A stretch of DNA of 64,000 nucleotides from Octopus bimaculoides. Its lineage: Eukaryota. Positions 13,408 to 27,555 of this stretch are shown one piece after another. The translations under genes and the position numbers were made by a program. The stretch is taken from contig NC_068985.1 of the NCBI RefSeq assembly GCF_001194135.2, positions 101,405,282-101,469,281 on the forward strand, written 5' to 3'. The notes under the pieces are model-generated. The model was not told the DNA's origin. It worked only from the letters and a program-made list of their open reading frames with translations, and ran no database searches. Numbering within the stretch: position 1 is the first letter of the stretch; every line of letters begins with the position of its first letter.

Positions 13408-13585
13408 TGTGTGTGTATGTGTATGTGCGTGTGTGTGTGTGTGTGTATGCTTGTTTGTGCGAATGCGTGTGTATGTGAGTGTGTGGGTGTGCGTGCCAGG
13501 TTTTAAAAGATACTCTTCCAGTACTGCTCCACTACTGTCCCAGCACGGCTGCAGTCAAATGACTGAAGTAGGTAAAAGATTAAAA
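13035..13585 (+). mobile_element. CORE-type SINE with internal microsatellite/gap
   Basis: tRNA-like head, CORE motif ACCTTGGGCAAG, N-gap and (TG)n, family tail GCAGTCAAATGACTGAA. Confidence 0.85.
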
Positions 13586-13627
<42 letters not shown>

Positions 13628-14253
13628 TTTTAATCCTTTACTATACCACAAATATAAATCTTGTTAATCGTGGTAAAATTATTTGTATAGAATACCAAAA
13701 GGAAAACAATAATCGATGAGGAGATCCCAGTACATCAATGTATCAAATGCACTAGGTCTCAGATATAAAAATTAAAATTTAATCCTAATAAAATGACAAA
13801 TGCTATACACCTTCAGTTCAAAAGCAACATAATCTCTTGAGTATGAAATAAGTAAATATGTGAATTGATGGAACGGAAATATTTTAGTCACATAGCCCGC
13901 ACCATTTTGTGTGTGCGTGTCTGTGTATGCCTGTGTGTGTATGCCCGTGTATTTCTCTATACATGGGTGTGTTCATGTTTGTGTGTATTTATTTTGAGTG
14001 TATGCACTTACGTAAATCAGTTTTAAGTGTGCATGCAGGAGTACGTATAACAGATCGTGGATTATTTGTATTCATAACAAAATTCTTTTAGCTGTTTCTG
14101 CCATATAATTCTAAAAAGAAGCAGTCTGCGTTAAAGCTTGTGGATTATTTACTCTGTGCTTTCTTAAATGGACACATAGAACTGCTTTGCTTCGTGCCAC
14201 AAAACAACAATGACGGGCAAGGTTTTCATATAGAGGAGCAGTTTTTTTACCAG

Positions 14254-14312
14254 TGTACCTTCATGGTTTTACGAAGATGATCCTGGTGCTGGAGTCGACT
14301 TTACTGAAATTT
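14254..14312 (+). other. Candidate 59-nt exon
   Basis: TTTTTTTACCAG| acceptor and TTT|GTAAGT donor; two open frames (VPSWFYEDDPGAGVDFTEI and YLHGFTKMILVLESTLLKF). Confidence 0.3.
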
Positions 14313-15811
14313 GTAAGTTAGACTGACACCAGGTCCTGCTTTCTGATGTTTTGTTGTCTTTTTTGTTTCTCTTTGAAGTGCAAGAGCGGCCTTCCAACTA
14401 ACTGACCTTCCTTTTGGGAATTGCTCAAACAGATGTTGCTTCAGAATTCTCACATCATTCTTACGTGAGTGGCGACCTGACTTTCTAAACTGTATTTTCA
14501 TGAGGATACTTTTAACACCTCATATGTTGCATTTTGTAAATACCTCACTGTTACGAATATGATCGTTCGGTTTTATGTTGGAGATAGCACACAGGCATCG
14601 CTTATAAATAGCATCAAGCTCATTGATGTGCTTTTGCTACAAAGTCCAATATTTTGCTCCATAAGGCAATGATATCAAGACCACCGTTTAACATACATTA
14701 ACGTATATACATACATATATACAGATATATATATGCATATATATGTATATATATATGTTTGTATATATATGTGTGTATGGATGTATGCACGTGTCTATAT
14801 GTACACACACATATATACATATATACATTCATACATATGCATACATATGCATACATATATATATATATATATATGCATATACATCTATACATATACCCAC
14901 GCACACGCACGTACATACATGCCCATATGTGTGTATGTTATTATGTATGTATTTGGCATAGTAGCATGTATAGGTCGTTGGAGCAGAGGTGTCATTAAAT
15001 AATATAACTCGAACTATAAGATTAGCCGATTTGTCATCAGGATACAACATTTTGCTTCTACATTGTGCTGTCTACACACTTGGGTATTGTCGGTACTGTA
15101 TCTAATAGAATCAATTAGAGAGAATCGTTCTGTTCTATGGAGTTTTTATAACCTCCATTAGTATTTCAGTTATAAATATTCTTTGAACATCAATAAAAGC
15201 GAAAATCAAACTTTCCTGTCTATACTGGTTAAATATTTATGATTATCAGTTAGAGTTGACAGCAATTGTGGAAATTACCACAGTAATAAATATTAAGTGT
15301 GATGAATTAACTGTTAGAAAATGATATGAACGTAAAAAGAAATTAAAATTGAATCGAATTTTTGCATTATAGTTCTTTATATGACTGCAAACATTTAGCA
15401 ATATATTATATATAAATTTGAATGATAATGCAAATGATAAAAGTTATTTTAAGGTATATATCATGAAATGTTGTGGGTGCATGACTTGGTATTTTGATGT
15501 GTCGCAGAGAATCTATAAATATTTGAGGACCGAGTACATCAAAATAACAGTTGATATGATTGAATATGTTTGAGAATATTTTTTTCAGTTTTATAGGTAT
15601 GTGGTATGGAAATATACGACAGTGATAAAGCGACTGATGCCATACAAGTACTGACCTACATTTGGAAACTGTGAAACCGAATACTATTCTCTAATCGCGT
15701 GTCTTGTCATTGCTTTCAGTTTCTACTTGCGTATGTGTGTATGTTTATGTAGCACTATCTCTGTGTGCTATTAAGAGTAGCAATTCAGATGCATTTAGAT
15801 ATCAGGACGCA

Positions 15812-15812
15812 C

Positions 15813-15888
<76 letters not shown>

Positions 15889-16047
15889 AAAATAATAATG
15901 TTAATAATATTAATAAGAATAATGATTGTGAAAATAACAACAACCGCAATAATAATAATAATAATAATAATAACAATAATAATAATAATGATGATGATGA
16001 TGATGATAACAACAGCAACAACAACAACAACAACAACAAAAATAACA
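15812..16047. repeat. Compound trinucleotide microsatellite (AGT)n(AAT)n(GAT)n(CAA)n
   Basis: Direct reading. Confidence 0.97.
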
Positions 16048-16048
16048 T

Positions 16049-16543
16049 TGGTACGACCACAAGCCGGAAAGTGTTGTCGAAAATAGAAATGCAAAGATCG
16101 TGTGGGATGTTATGATTCAATGCGACCATGAGACTGAGAATAGGAAGCCGGACATGGTCTTAATTGAGAAAGAAATCAAACTATGCTGGATAATGGACAT
16201 AGCATGCCAAGCTGACAATAAGGTGTGCGATAAGGAAGAACGAAAAGTCGAGAGATATGACAGGTTAGCTTGGGAAGTCAAGCAGTTGAGGTCGTTGAAA
16301 AAGGTAGCAGTAGTACCAATTATTTTCAGAGCCCTGGGAACAGTGAGCAAACATCTCGAGATGTTCGTTGAACAAATAGGAGCTGCAATGAGGGTGGAGC
16401 ACATGTAGAAAACAGCACTGCTTGGAACCTCTCCAATACCCCGGAAGGTGCTGAAGAAATAAGAGGCGTTACCTTTGTTTACTGGTAGAGAACAGCTGAC
16501 ACTATGGTACACCTCCAGCGTTAGAAGCTGTGCAAAGGCAACA
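16049..16543 (+). mobile_element. R4/Dong-clade LINE 3' end: REL endonuclease domain plus 3' UTR
   Basis: WYDHKPESVVEN..IVWDVMIQCDH..RKPDMVLIEKE..DIAC..KVERYDRLAWEV..VVPIIFRALG..ALLGT; stop at 16460-16462, then UTR running into (CAA)n(TAA)n. Confidence 0.92.
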
Positions 16544-16566
16544 AAAACAACAACAACAACAACAAC

Positions 16567-16628
<62 letters not shown>

Positions 16629-17190
16629 TAATAATAATAATAAGATGTGACAATAATACTGCCAACACACTGCAGCGGCTGGACGTGTTCTTCGCTGCTC
16701 TGACCATTCAGCAGCCGAAGACACAAAAACACTAATATAACCCAGCAGGACAACGACAAAATGACTCACAAAGAATGGAATATCTACAATATCCGGCGAG
16801 TATCTTAAATCTCCCTCAAAATGTGTGAGGAAACTTACATATCCAAACCTTTCGAACGCACAAACGATCAGCTTTACAAAAAACTTTAATATTTACAACT
16901 TCTGTGAATACGTACCCCTTCCTTTCTCACTGCGTATTCGAAAATGTAAACATTCTTTTCATTGCAAAAACACTACTATATTCTCCAAGAGGTCAGACAA
17001 ACGAACATCACAAGAAAAATTTAAAACTTTAATATATTGAATTTTTTTGTGAAACGTTTATCTTTCTATTCTCCCGGACTAATCAGATATGTAAAAATAC
17101 CTATTATTTCAACAACACGACTGAATTTACAAATTCAAAAATTCAACGACGTGAATATCAATATCAATATCTATATATATTCATTTCAAA

Positions 17191-17765
17191 TACAGAGATG
17201 CCTATAATAGAACATCTAACCCACCGGAAAGAGCAGCCAAAAACTCTATACCGCAATTAGAGATATTTTCAAAAGGGAATGAAAAATAAAAACACCTCTG
17301 TATTTTAAATGAATAATATATAGTCTATTTGACTAAGTTTTCTTCTCGCTAGACCACTGGTAGTAAATAAAATTTCTAAATTTTTTTTCCTACCCTGTGA
17401 TTTATTAATAATGATAAAATGTTTTTGGGCTAATTTCTGAAAGAAAATGGGCATCTTTTTTTTTTTTGTATTTGCTGCCGATAACGTAAACTGCACATGC
17501 GCGGTAAATTTTGAAAAATTAAGCATATAAGCACAAGTCATGTTTTGTATGTAGTGCTTCGTGTTTATATGTTAATCTAAGTTGTTTGCCTGATGATAGC
17601 TGACCTTGCAAAGTATTTTATTTTGCTACAATAGCTTGAAACCATGGTTCAGAAAATAAATTGGTAAATGTTTCTATTTGTCATTCCCTTTCGAAATTAT
17701 CCCTAATTGTGGTATAAAGTTTTTGGCTGCTCTTTCTCTGCGGGTTAGATGTCCTATTATAGGTC
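17191..17765. mobile_element. MITE with ~92-bp terminal inverted repeats (Tc1/mariner-like TA-CAG end)
   Basis: 17201-17292 is the reverse complement of 17668-17763 at roughly 85% identity; non-coding AT-rich interior. Confidence 0.85.
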
Positions 17766-18314
17766 ATATATATATACATATATATATANNNNNNNNNNNN
17801 NNNNNNNNNNNNNNNNNNNNNNNNNNNNNNNNNNNNNNNNNNNNNNNNNNNNNNNNNNNNNNNNNNNNNNNNNNNNNNNNNNNNNNNNNNNNNNNNNNNN
17901 NNNNNNNNNNNNNNNNNNNNNNNNNNNNNNNNNNNNNNNNNNNNNNNNNNNNNNNNNNNNNNNNNNNNNNNNNNNNNNNNNNNNNNNNNNNNNNNNNNNN
18001 NNNNNNNNNNNNNNNNNNNNNNNNNNNNNNNNNNNNNNNNNNNNNNNNNNNNNNNNNNNNNNNNNNNNNNNNNNNNNNNNNNNNNNNNNNNNNNNNNNNN
18101 NNNNNNNNNNNNNNNNNNNNNNNNNNNNNNNNNNNNNNNNNNNNNNNNNNNNNNNNNNNNNNNNNNNNNNNNNNNNNNNNNNNNNNNNNNNNNNNNNNNN
18201 NNNNNNNNNNNNNNNNNNNNNNNNNNNNNNNNNNNNNNNNNNNNNNNNNNNNNNNNNNNNNNNNNNNNNNNNNNNNNNNNNNNNNNNNNNNNNTATATAT
18301 ATATATATATATAT

Positions 18315-18665
18315 TTAAAGAAGGACAAAATGGTGAAACCGTATGGCATCTTACCAGCCAATGTACGCCACTAGCCCAGAAGGAATATAAGACACGCCAC
18401 GACAATATAGCATAAGTGCTTAGGCTCACCTTAATAGCAAAGAAAAAGTGCATAAATATTTGGTCACTTGGTGGAAGCAGAAACTTCTGCATGGCAAATG
18501 TGTGGCCCGTATGAAGCAAGCTGATATTAACTAGTAGCACACCAATCAGGTGATACGAAACTCAGCACTAAAGATGCAGTGCTTAGGTTTCACTTTAGCT
18601 GCTGAAGATCAAAGCTTTTTAACCTGGAACTCGCAAGCCAATGTAATAAAAACATATCAAGACAT
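18315..18665 (+). mobile_element. R4/Dong-clade LINE fragments (zinc-knuckle and pre-knuckle regions)
   Basis: ETVWHLTSQCTPLAQKEYKTRHDNIA (CCHC region), followed by WKQKLLHGK and GFTLAAEDQS; the two segments appear in reversed order relative to the usual ORF. Confidence 0.8.
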
Positions 18666-19989
18666 GATAGAGTTGGTAAATACACACAGATATGCAGACC
18701 AGACACACATGGACGCACACATACACATACACACTACACACAGAGATAATATATAAGAAATCAAAAGCTTAATCTGGAAAGTACCACAGTTCAAAATATA
18801 AAGAAATCCCCATGCTTTCAAATTAAGTTTTTGTATACCAGCTATGTAATTTCTAATTTAAAAGCAATGACAGCATGCAAGGTTTACTAGAACATAAATT
18901 CCAAAGCAGTCCTCCTGACATTTTTCAATTCCATTCTACCATCAATCGGGATATCTATAAATTACTGTTGATCCTAGTAGCACTTACACAAAATATTCAA
19001 GTACCACCCTCAACTTAGAGTACTTGAAAGATAAGTTCAACGCTATGTTCTTAAATTTTACCAATTCACTAAATGAAACTTATGTTCAGACAGATATTTC
19101 CTCACACACTTATACACAAATACACTAACACATTGTAGGAACACCCTCATCTATAACACCTCCCGAACACTGAAACACAAATCAGAGATATCAATCATAC
19201 GAGAAACATACAGACACCCACAAGGTGGACACACAAATAGAAGAAAAACAATCATAAAGACACTCACTGTTTTCACACAGACACTATTATTTTCTAAACA
19301 AAAAAATAGACAGATAAAAATAGTTCTAGCTAACACCGTATAGACACAAAAAACATTGCGATGAGAAATTTCCAAACCTGTTGGCTATGAAAATCAAAAG
19401 TTACCAACAGCTTTAACAAGTTATCGATAGCATTTATAAAAGACGACAGAGAATCAATAGCTGCTGTGAATGTTACATAGTAACCGTTAAAAATGCTATG
19501 TACGCCGCTTGATTTCCTCGGATTTCTTCTTGACAGTATGTTGCTTGCTATCAACGACGAAAACCCCATACATAAATAAACATTACTCGAGCTCATATAA
19601 CAAATAAATACATAGAAACAATCGAATAAAATTTATGTTACGCACAGGGGGGCGCCAACTCAAGTACGATTCGAAACCATTTTATAAGACATGTGCATAC
19701 GCCCAATCCTCAGCCACACACGCAAACCCGATCAGACACAATGTTCCTAACCAAACACTTTAACGTTCTCTCTTTTCATTTTACGCCCTAAAATCGTAGA
19801 CTTCTTTGTAACATTTGCAGTTTACTCACATGGGATGAAAATATTCAGCGTATGATATTCCCTTAGTTACTTATGATTTTTGCTCGTTTCTTTTCTTTTA
19901 TGTTTGGCATTATTCATATAGATGCCTGTGTACAAGTACACACATATGCACACAAATATTGTGCTACCGATTATTACAGTTCGATGATT

Positions 19990-19999
19990 GTTATTATTA

Positions 20000-20091
<92 letters not shown>

Positions 20092-20260
20092 TAGTTTTAT
20101 TTTTATAACGTGCTTTCACTGCACTACCGAGCACAGCTCTGTGTGCCTTGGGTATGTGCTGTGGTTTGCTGTGATGCTCTTATGATTACTGTTTTGCAAG
20201 TGTTTTGCGTAGGATGTGTTCAATTTTCTGTATGTTATGTATATTTGTTAGTCCTGGTGT
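19990..20260 (-). mobile_element. R4/Dong-like LINE C-terminus plus 3' UTR ending in (TAA)n
   Basis: Minus strand IQKIEHILRKTL then UTR ...AGTGCAGTGAAAGCACGTTAT..., directly followed by (TAA)n at ~19990-20088. Confidence 0.75.
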
Positions 20261-20397
20261 TTTTGTTATGTATGTGTTTGAATATTTTTTATCATACCTA
20301 ATGCGCCTACTATGATAAGAATTGTTTCTGTTTTTAGATTTCACATTCGAGTTACCTCTATTTCCAGATCTTTGTATTTTGAAAGTTTCTCCATTTC

Positions 20398-20398
<1 letters not shown>

Positions 20399-20468
<70 letters not shown>

Positions 20469-21510
20469 CATTTTCTTTCTTTTTAGCCTTATCTTTCAAG
20501 TGCTTTCACTTGCACTATTGAACGCAGCTCTGTGTGTCTTATTTATTTCTTTGGTAAATCCGTCCACTGACCATAGTAATATTTTGCAGCTGTTTATCAC
20601 ATGTAGCGTACAGTTTTAGGTCATCAATATACAAGAGATGGTTGATTATTTTGGCATAACAGTTGTATCCACATCCAATTCTGTTTAGCATGTGAGATAA
20701 AGGTGTCTGTGCTAAGCAGAATACGAGTGGAGAGAGCACGTCTCCCTGAAATATTCCTCTTCTAATGGGGACGGCTTTGGTTTTTACGAGTCTCTCTTTT
20801 GTCTGGAGATGTAGCACTGTTTGCCATTTATTCATGGAATGTTTTATATATTTTATAATTATTGGTGCTACTTTGTTCATGGCTAGTCTTTCTACCATAT
20901 GTGTGTAGAATACTATCAGAAGCCTTTTCCATAATCGATCCATGTCATACTTAGATTCTTCTTCTTTCTTCGGCTGTCTTCAGTTATTACTTTATTGATC
21001 AGTTACTGATCTTTATAGTCGTATGGGCCCTTGCAGCATCCCTTCTGCTCTTCTGGAAACAGGATATTTTTCTTTCAGATATTTGCCCATTCTCTGCGAT
21101 ATAATTTAAATAAAGGCTTTTTGAATTGTAAGAAAAGACAAGTTATCGGACTGTAATTTTGTGGATTTGCGGTTTCAGTGGATTTGGGTATGAGGATAAT
21201 TTTCCCTTCCTTGCGCTATTTAGGCATTGTCTGTGGCTCTGGTAATGTTTCATTATATTTCTCAGCCAGCGTTTTTTTTTTATATATTTTAACCATAAGT
21301 TGGGGATCTTGTAATGTCGGGTGCCTTCCAGTTGCCTCTTCATTTTCTATAGGAGTCCAGAGTTGTTCAAGCGCTGTGTCTGTTATTTCTATAGATCTGA
21401 GATTGTACCTTAGCCGACCATATTCCTTTTCAAACTTCTTCCACTTCTTCTGCTGTTGGTGCTGCATTGATCTCTATTTTGCCAAGTTCTTGGTATAATC
21501 TTTTGGGGTT
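20399..21510 (-). mobile_element. R4/Dong-clade LINE RT relic joined to 3' UTR remnant and (TAA)n
   Basis: RRGIFQGDVLSPLVFCL and NHLLYIDDLKLY; upstream linker KIPNLWLKY; the RT jumps directly to a UTR fragment homologous to ~20100-20160. Confidence 0.92.
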
Positions 21511-21524
21511 TGAATCGTGCTGGT

Positions 21525-21835
<311 letters not shown>

Positions 21836-22555
21836 GGAAAATACGCTGCTGTTAACTCATATACAAAGGTAATGCATTTAAGAAAGTGGGAAGATGCTGT
21901 ATAGAAAGAATATAAATATGTTAATTGTCAGAGACATAGTTTACCGATTGGTCTATTGTTATCTAGGTATTCTTTTAACTAAGATATATTTAATTTCAAG
22001 TAGGCGCAGATATGTGCGTATAACTATAAAACGTAGAACGGTGAACCAACAGTGGGTCACCGTATATAGTGTTTAAGCGACAATAATCTCTATTCATAAC
22101 AAACAATAATGTATTAATAAAAGAATATATATTTGAACGAAAAATGCACAAATACACAAATATAAACATATGTATAAAATATATGTAAAAACGCATGTAT
22201 TCTTTTCCGTGTATTGTCTTTACATATAAATTGCAATTAGATATTTATAATAATATAATTCCATGAGAACGCCTACCTATTTTGTCAAACAATGTCTATT
22301 CACGCTGATATCATAAAATGTCGTGCATTGACGAAATAATCTGAGTGCAGTATATCGCTTTTATATAGCTTGTGAATTATTAGATCTTGAATATATATAG
22401 GTACATATTACAATGCTGACTCTTAAACAAGTTTATTTAATTTCTCGTTTTGTCCCCGCAAATACATTTTTCAAACGCAGGTGTTTATTTCCTTTCTTTG
22501 GTGAACAGTAAAACGAACTTCCTATATTATCTTAAATAATATGACAGGAGAAATA

Positions 22556-22750
22556 GAGGTGGTAACCTGGAAGAATAGTTAGCATGCCAGACACATTCAT
22601 ACTGGTGTTTCTTCTGTTCGGGGTTGAAATGCCGCCGAGGTCGACTTTCCTTTTCATAACATTTTAAGGTCGATAAGTACCAGTTGAACACTGGGTTGAT
22701 AGAACTGGGCACTAAACTGCTGGCCTTGTGCCGAGATTTGAAGCCAACAT
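22556..22750 (+). mobile_element. tRNA-derived SINE (abundant family)
   Basis: GCCGCCGAGGTCGACTTT...GTCGATAAGTACCAGTTG...GGCCTTGTGCC. Confidence 0.8.
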
Positions 22751-25700
22751 TGGAAGAGAGATAGATTATTATCGCAATCATTTTGTAAGTTATGACTGAA
22801 TGCCAGACCTGCTCCTTATCTCACCTATTTAAGAACAGAATGACATGAAACGGATGACAGTCAATAAATGTACTCATAAATATTATGGTAACAACATATT
22901 GTTATTAAAACTATGAAATTTCACATATATTTCACGAAAATAGCGTGCACAGATTTCACGAAGTAACATTTCACATTTAGCAGCTGTATCAAAATAAAGT
23001 TTATATGGAAAATTAATATTCCAAAGAATAACATATTTCTATTTATTTACTTTTGCTTTCTGTCGCGTTTCTTGTGGTATGATGGACACCAACGAGGAGA
23101 TCATTACTGGTAGCAGATAGCTACTTTCCTCTATCATTCGTGCAATATGCAGTATGGGAAGTGATGGGACGACCGATTTGAGACGACCACTTGCCAGTTG
23201 AGCAGGTCCCACTTTTCTTTGTTCGTCTTGCGACTAGTCCGGCCCACCAGGAATTATGTTCTCAATATTCTGCGTTTACATCTTTCCCTTAAATCTATTT
23301 TCGAATTATCACATTAAAAATATACCTTCTGAATGATATTTCTAGAATGGATGTTTCCTTGACTCTTTGCACCGAAACCAATCGATGTTCTATCCGTTAA
23401 AATAGCCAAGTTCTCATTTGCTTATAATCACGCAAATAGTACGGTTCTAATGAAAGATCTGGCACTAGTGATATTGTCTATCTTCGTTTTATAGAGGTAA
23501 ACGCGTTACATACGTAGTTAGCTTTAGATACTCGCGTAGATATATATTCATAATTTGCGATGCTGTTATGCTGTAGAAAATAAATGTGGTCGAAAGATTT
23601 CTCATTAGAATCTTTTAAATAATAAGTTTGCTGTACTTTATCAAAAGTAATACTAAGTTCATATTAACTAAAGTGCAACAAAATTAGAATGTTATTGAAC
23701 CAATTTTATTCATAAGATATCTAACCAACACCGAATTAATCAAAGACAAATTTGAACAGGGAGAGACTTGAAATCGGAAAGTAAAGACGGAGTAGAAACA
23801 CCTCTAAATAATTTATTCGATGAGGTAATGATTCTGTTCTCTTAACAAGGTTAATAATGCTTTCTAATCAGGAACAACATTCTCTTGAAAAATTTTTAAA
23901 ATTTGAATTCATTAATGAAATCAGCATCTCAACGCCTCTTTCCTTCTCAGTATTTCTTTGTCTCTCTCTCTCTCTCCCCATTCTGTGTGCATATATATNN
24001 NNNNNNNNNNNNNNNNNNNNNNNNNNNNNNNNNNNNNNNNNNNNNNNNNNNNNNNNNNNNNNNNNNNNNNNNNNNNNNNNNNNNNNNNNNNNNCGTGTAA
24101 GTGAATATATGATATATGTAGCATTATATTCCGCATAGCTGCTTATTTTTATTTTTTGATGTGTGTATATGTGTTCCAGTATCTATGCGTGTGTCTGCGT
24201 GTGTGTATGTATGTGTTTGTGCATTGACGTATATTTATATACTTATTGTATCGTGCATCTTTCATCAGCGATAGTGACATTTTTCGGACTTAAAATTCAA
24301 TAAAAATCAATCAGTATTTTCTTCCAAAATTTTGCTCAATTTATTCTCAGAATTATTATTGATTTCATTTTTCCTGCATATATGGAAATAATCGCCCATT
24401 AACAAGTATTTATTCTGATATGAAAATAATGCATCGATTCAATTCTAATTGGTAATGCATTTTTCTTCTTTAAATTTTAATTTTAAAATAATTCAAAGCC
24501 TTCTAATAACTGCTTACTGTCGAAATTTTTACACATGCATGATAATAATGTTTTGCTTTTTTTTTCCTTGATTGCAATAAAGCAGAAGTAATATTAAAAA
24601 AAAAAATCTCCTATTAAATTGGATACGACAATTAAATTATTTGACATAATTTTATACATATCAACGCCATTGTATCTGTGGAAACTGTTAACAAAAAATT
24701 TAAAAAATAGACATAAAGCAAATGTGTAGGTTGAAGAATCGTTAGTTAGTATCCATTCATTTGCGCTGAAGCCGTATATTACATGCAGCATGAACAATTT
24801 CTAGCCTGCATTAATTGGCAGTAAACATGTCTAAGAATAATAGACAAAGAAAAATATTAAATGAGGTAGATTAGAACAATGCATTAGCTAGAATTATATG
24901 TTGGTTAGTATTCACTGCTAAGATTGAATGTTCTCACAAAAGAATACGAGGAAGACATTGCCATGAATGGGGAAAAATAATGATTTCTTTGAATTTTAGC
25001 TTGTATATTATCGACAATATTATATTGTTGACAATGATTGCAATCTGGTAAAAAAAACAGAGTACTAGTTTCTAAAAAAGTTATTCTTTACATAATAAAT
25101 ACGAGAATTGTAATATTTATGGTTATTAACTTGAATAAAAGCATCAAAATTAAGGTGAAATCATCGTACACTTATTCACAAGAGAACATATAAAGGAAAA
25201 TAATGAATAATGTATTATGTATAACATTTGATTTTTGATGTGCATTAGATAACAGGAATATTATTTCGAAGGGCAACCTTTTGTTTTATATGCTATCGAT
25301 AACATATTTATCATTAATATACTATGATAAATGTAATCGACCTACCCGCATAGTTACCACTTTGACTAGTTGTACTGAAGATATTAGTCCTTATAATTAA
25401 ACGATGATTATGTATGTAATGTGAGCCGAACGTCTCTCTTGGATACCATGTTGTTTTGTATTCACTTTGTACCGAACAATTGTAATAGACTTTGTAAAGT
25501 AATCGAGTCCGTATAGAGTATTTCAGCATCGTATCATCATAATCTGAGGTTCGTAGCCGGCATTATAAGATGGCTACATACACATGCATTATTTGAAATT
25601 TACTAACACATCTCCAAAGACTCGCATACACAACTGCACATAAACATCTGCTATGGTTTTACAAGAATAGGTGTAATTGTGACTTCGATGTTCCTGCTTT

Positions 25701-26740
25701 GTTAGTTTGCGTCGAAATCACAGCCCAGAGAATTCGAATAGATACAAATTGTCAAGTCGTTGTCATCCTAAATCTTGTATACATATAATACACTCTCTCT
25801 GCTAGAAAATATAAATGTGTTCACATTTATATTCACACACACACACATACACACACACACACACACCCATACACACACACACACACACACACATGCACAT
25901 TTCTCAGGTGAGAAATCTATTTTAATCTATTTCTGTTTATTGCATTTTGACACTTACTCGCATACTCACACATCTACGTGTGCGTTTGTGTTTGTATGTG
26001 TGTGTATGTGTGTGTGTGTGTGTATGTGAGAGTATGTGATAAGGCTCATGTACACAGTGTTATTACCTACTGTTGCAAACTTCTCGTGGAATAAATTGAA
26101 TGTTGTGATATAGCGTACGAATGATTGCCCTCTCAGTTCACAAAGCTGTATATCAATGTGATTACTGAAAGAAGGTCATTGGTAGTAATGAAAGCTGGTG
26201 GTACAGAATTTGGAGATTTAGACGANNNNNNNNNNNNNNNNNNNNNNNNNNNNNNNNNNNNNNNNNNNNNNNNNNNNNNNNNNNNNNNNNNNNNNNNNNN
26301 NNNNNNNNNNNNNNNNNNNNNNNNNNNNNNNNNNNNNNNNNNNNNNNNNNNNNNNNNNNNNNNNNNNNNNNNNNNNNNNNNNNNNNNNNNNNNNNNNNNN
26401 NNNNNNNNNNNNNNNNNNNNNNNNNNNNNNNNNNNNNNNNNNNNNNNNNNNNNNNNNNNNNNNNNNNNNNNNNNNNNNNNNNNNNNNNNNNNNNNNNNNN
26501 NNNNNNNNNNNNNNNNNNNNNNNNNNNNNNNNNNNNNNNNNNNNNNNNNNNNNNNNNNNNNNNNNNNNNNNNNNNNNNNNNNNNNNNNNNNNNNNNNNNN
26601 NNNNNNNNNNNNNNNNNNNNNNNNNNNNNNNNNNNNNNNNNNNNNNNNNNNNNNNNGTGTGTATTATATTATATTATATTATACATACATATATATACAT
26701 ACATACATACATACATACATACATACATACACATTTATAC

Positions 26741-26868
26741 GACTGGCTTCTTTCAGTTTCCGTCTTCCAGATCCACTCCCAATGCTTTGATATTCCAGAG
26801 GCTGGAATGGCCAGCGCTGAACGGTGTGAGATTGGATGTGAAGCAAACTACACGGTCACACATCACCT

Positions 26869-26870
<2 letters not shown>
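26741..26870 (-). mobile_element. CORE-type SINE 5' half
   Basis: Reverse complement ends GACGGAAACTGAAAGAAGCC as in 34461-34625; its microsatellite side faces the N-gap. Confidence 0.65.
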
Positions 26871-26927
<57 letters not shown>

Positions 26928-26980
26928 CATATCTCTCTCTCTCTCTCTCTCCCTCTCTCTCTGTATATATATATATACAC

Positions 26981-27018
<38 letters not shown>

Positions 27019-27449
27019 TATAATTCAAATTGATGCATATATATGAGAACGTCTGTGCTGTGTGTGCGTGTGTATGTGTTTAGTGAATGTAATTTAATGG
27101 ACATTGCCGACTTATCAGCTCTCAGTTAAACCATCTAAACCAGGGCATCATGGAAACAGAAGTTAATCGATGATGATGATCATCATCACAATCATGAGGA
27201 CATAACTGTTGTAGAAACGTTGTACAATCTTGTATGTAATCAGTCTTCTGTAACAATAGCAATGACAAATGTTGAATGGTCAAATGATATCCACCTTTTC
27301 TGGTACGTACAATTCTATTTCTCTACAGCATTGCATATTATAGGAGAGGAAAGAAAAAACAACACAAAAGTAATGTACTGGTGTTACAGATTTCTTCGAC
27401 CACGTTGTCACTTCAGTTAGTTATCTTAATATTTCGCTGTATTTCCCTC

Positions 27450-27555
27450 GAGTTCGACTTCATCTTTCATTTCGGGGTCGATAAATTAAGTATCAGTTGA
27501 CTGGTCCTCTCCCCAAAAATTTTCGGGGGTTACGCCTAGAGCAGAAAATAATATT
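27450..27555 (+). mobile_element. SINE fragment (abundant family)
   Basis: TTCGGGGTCGATAAATTAAGTATCAGTTG...CCCCAAAAATTTTCGG...CCTAGAG. Confidence 0.75.

Noticed and set aside
15765-16129. Poly-S/N/D, poly-L and poly-I/T ORFs (also ~19873-20521, 21474-21904, 33002-33434, 42458-42853)
   Set aside because: Stop-free frames of trinucleotide microsatellites; no start or splice context.
19641-19656. CTCF-like motif CACAGGGGGGCGCC
   Set aside because: G-run length and 5' bases deviate from consensus; a single short match is not supportable.
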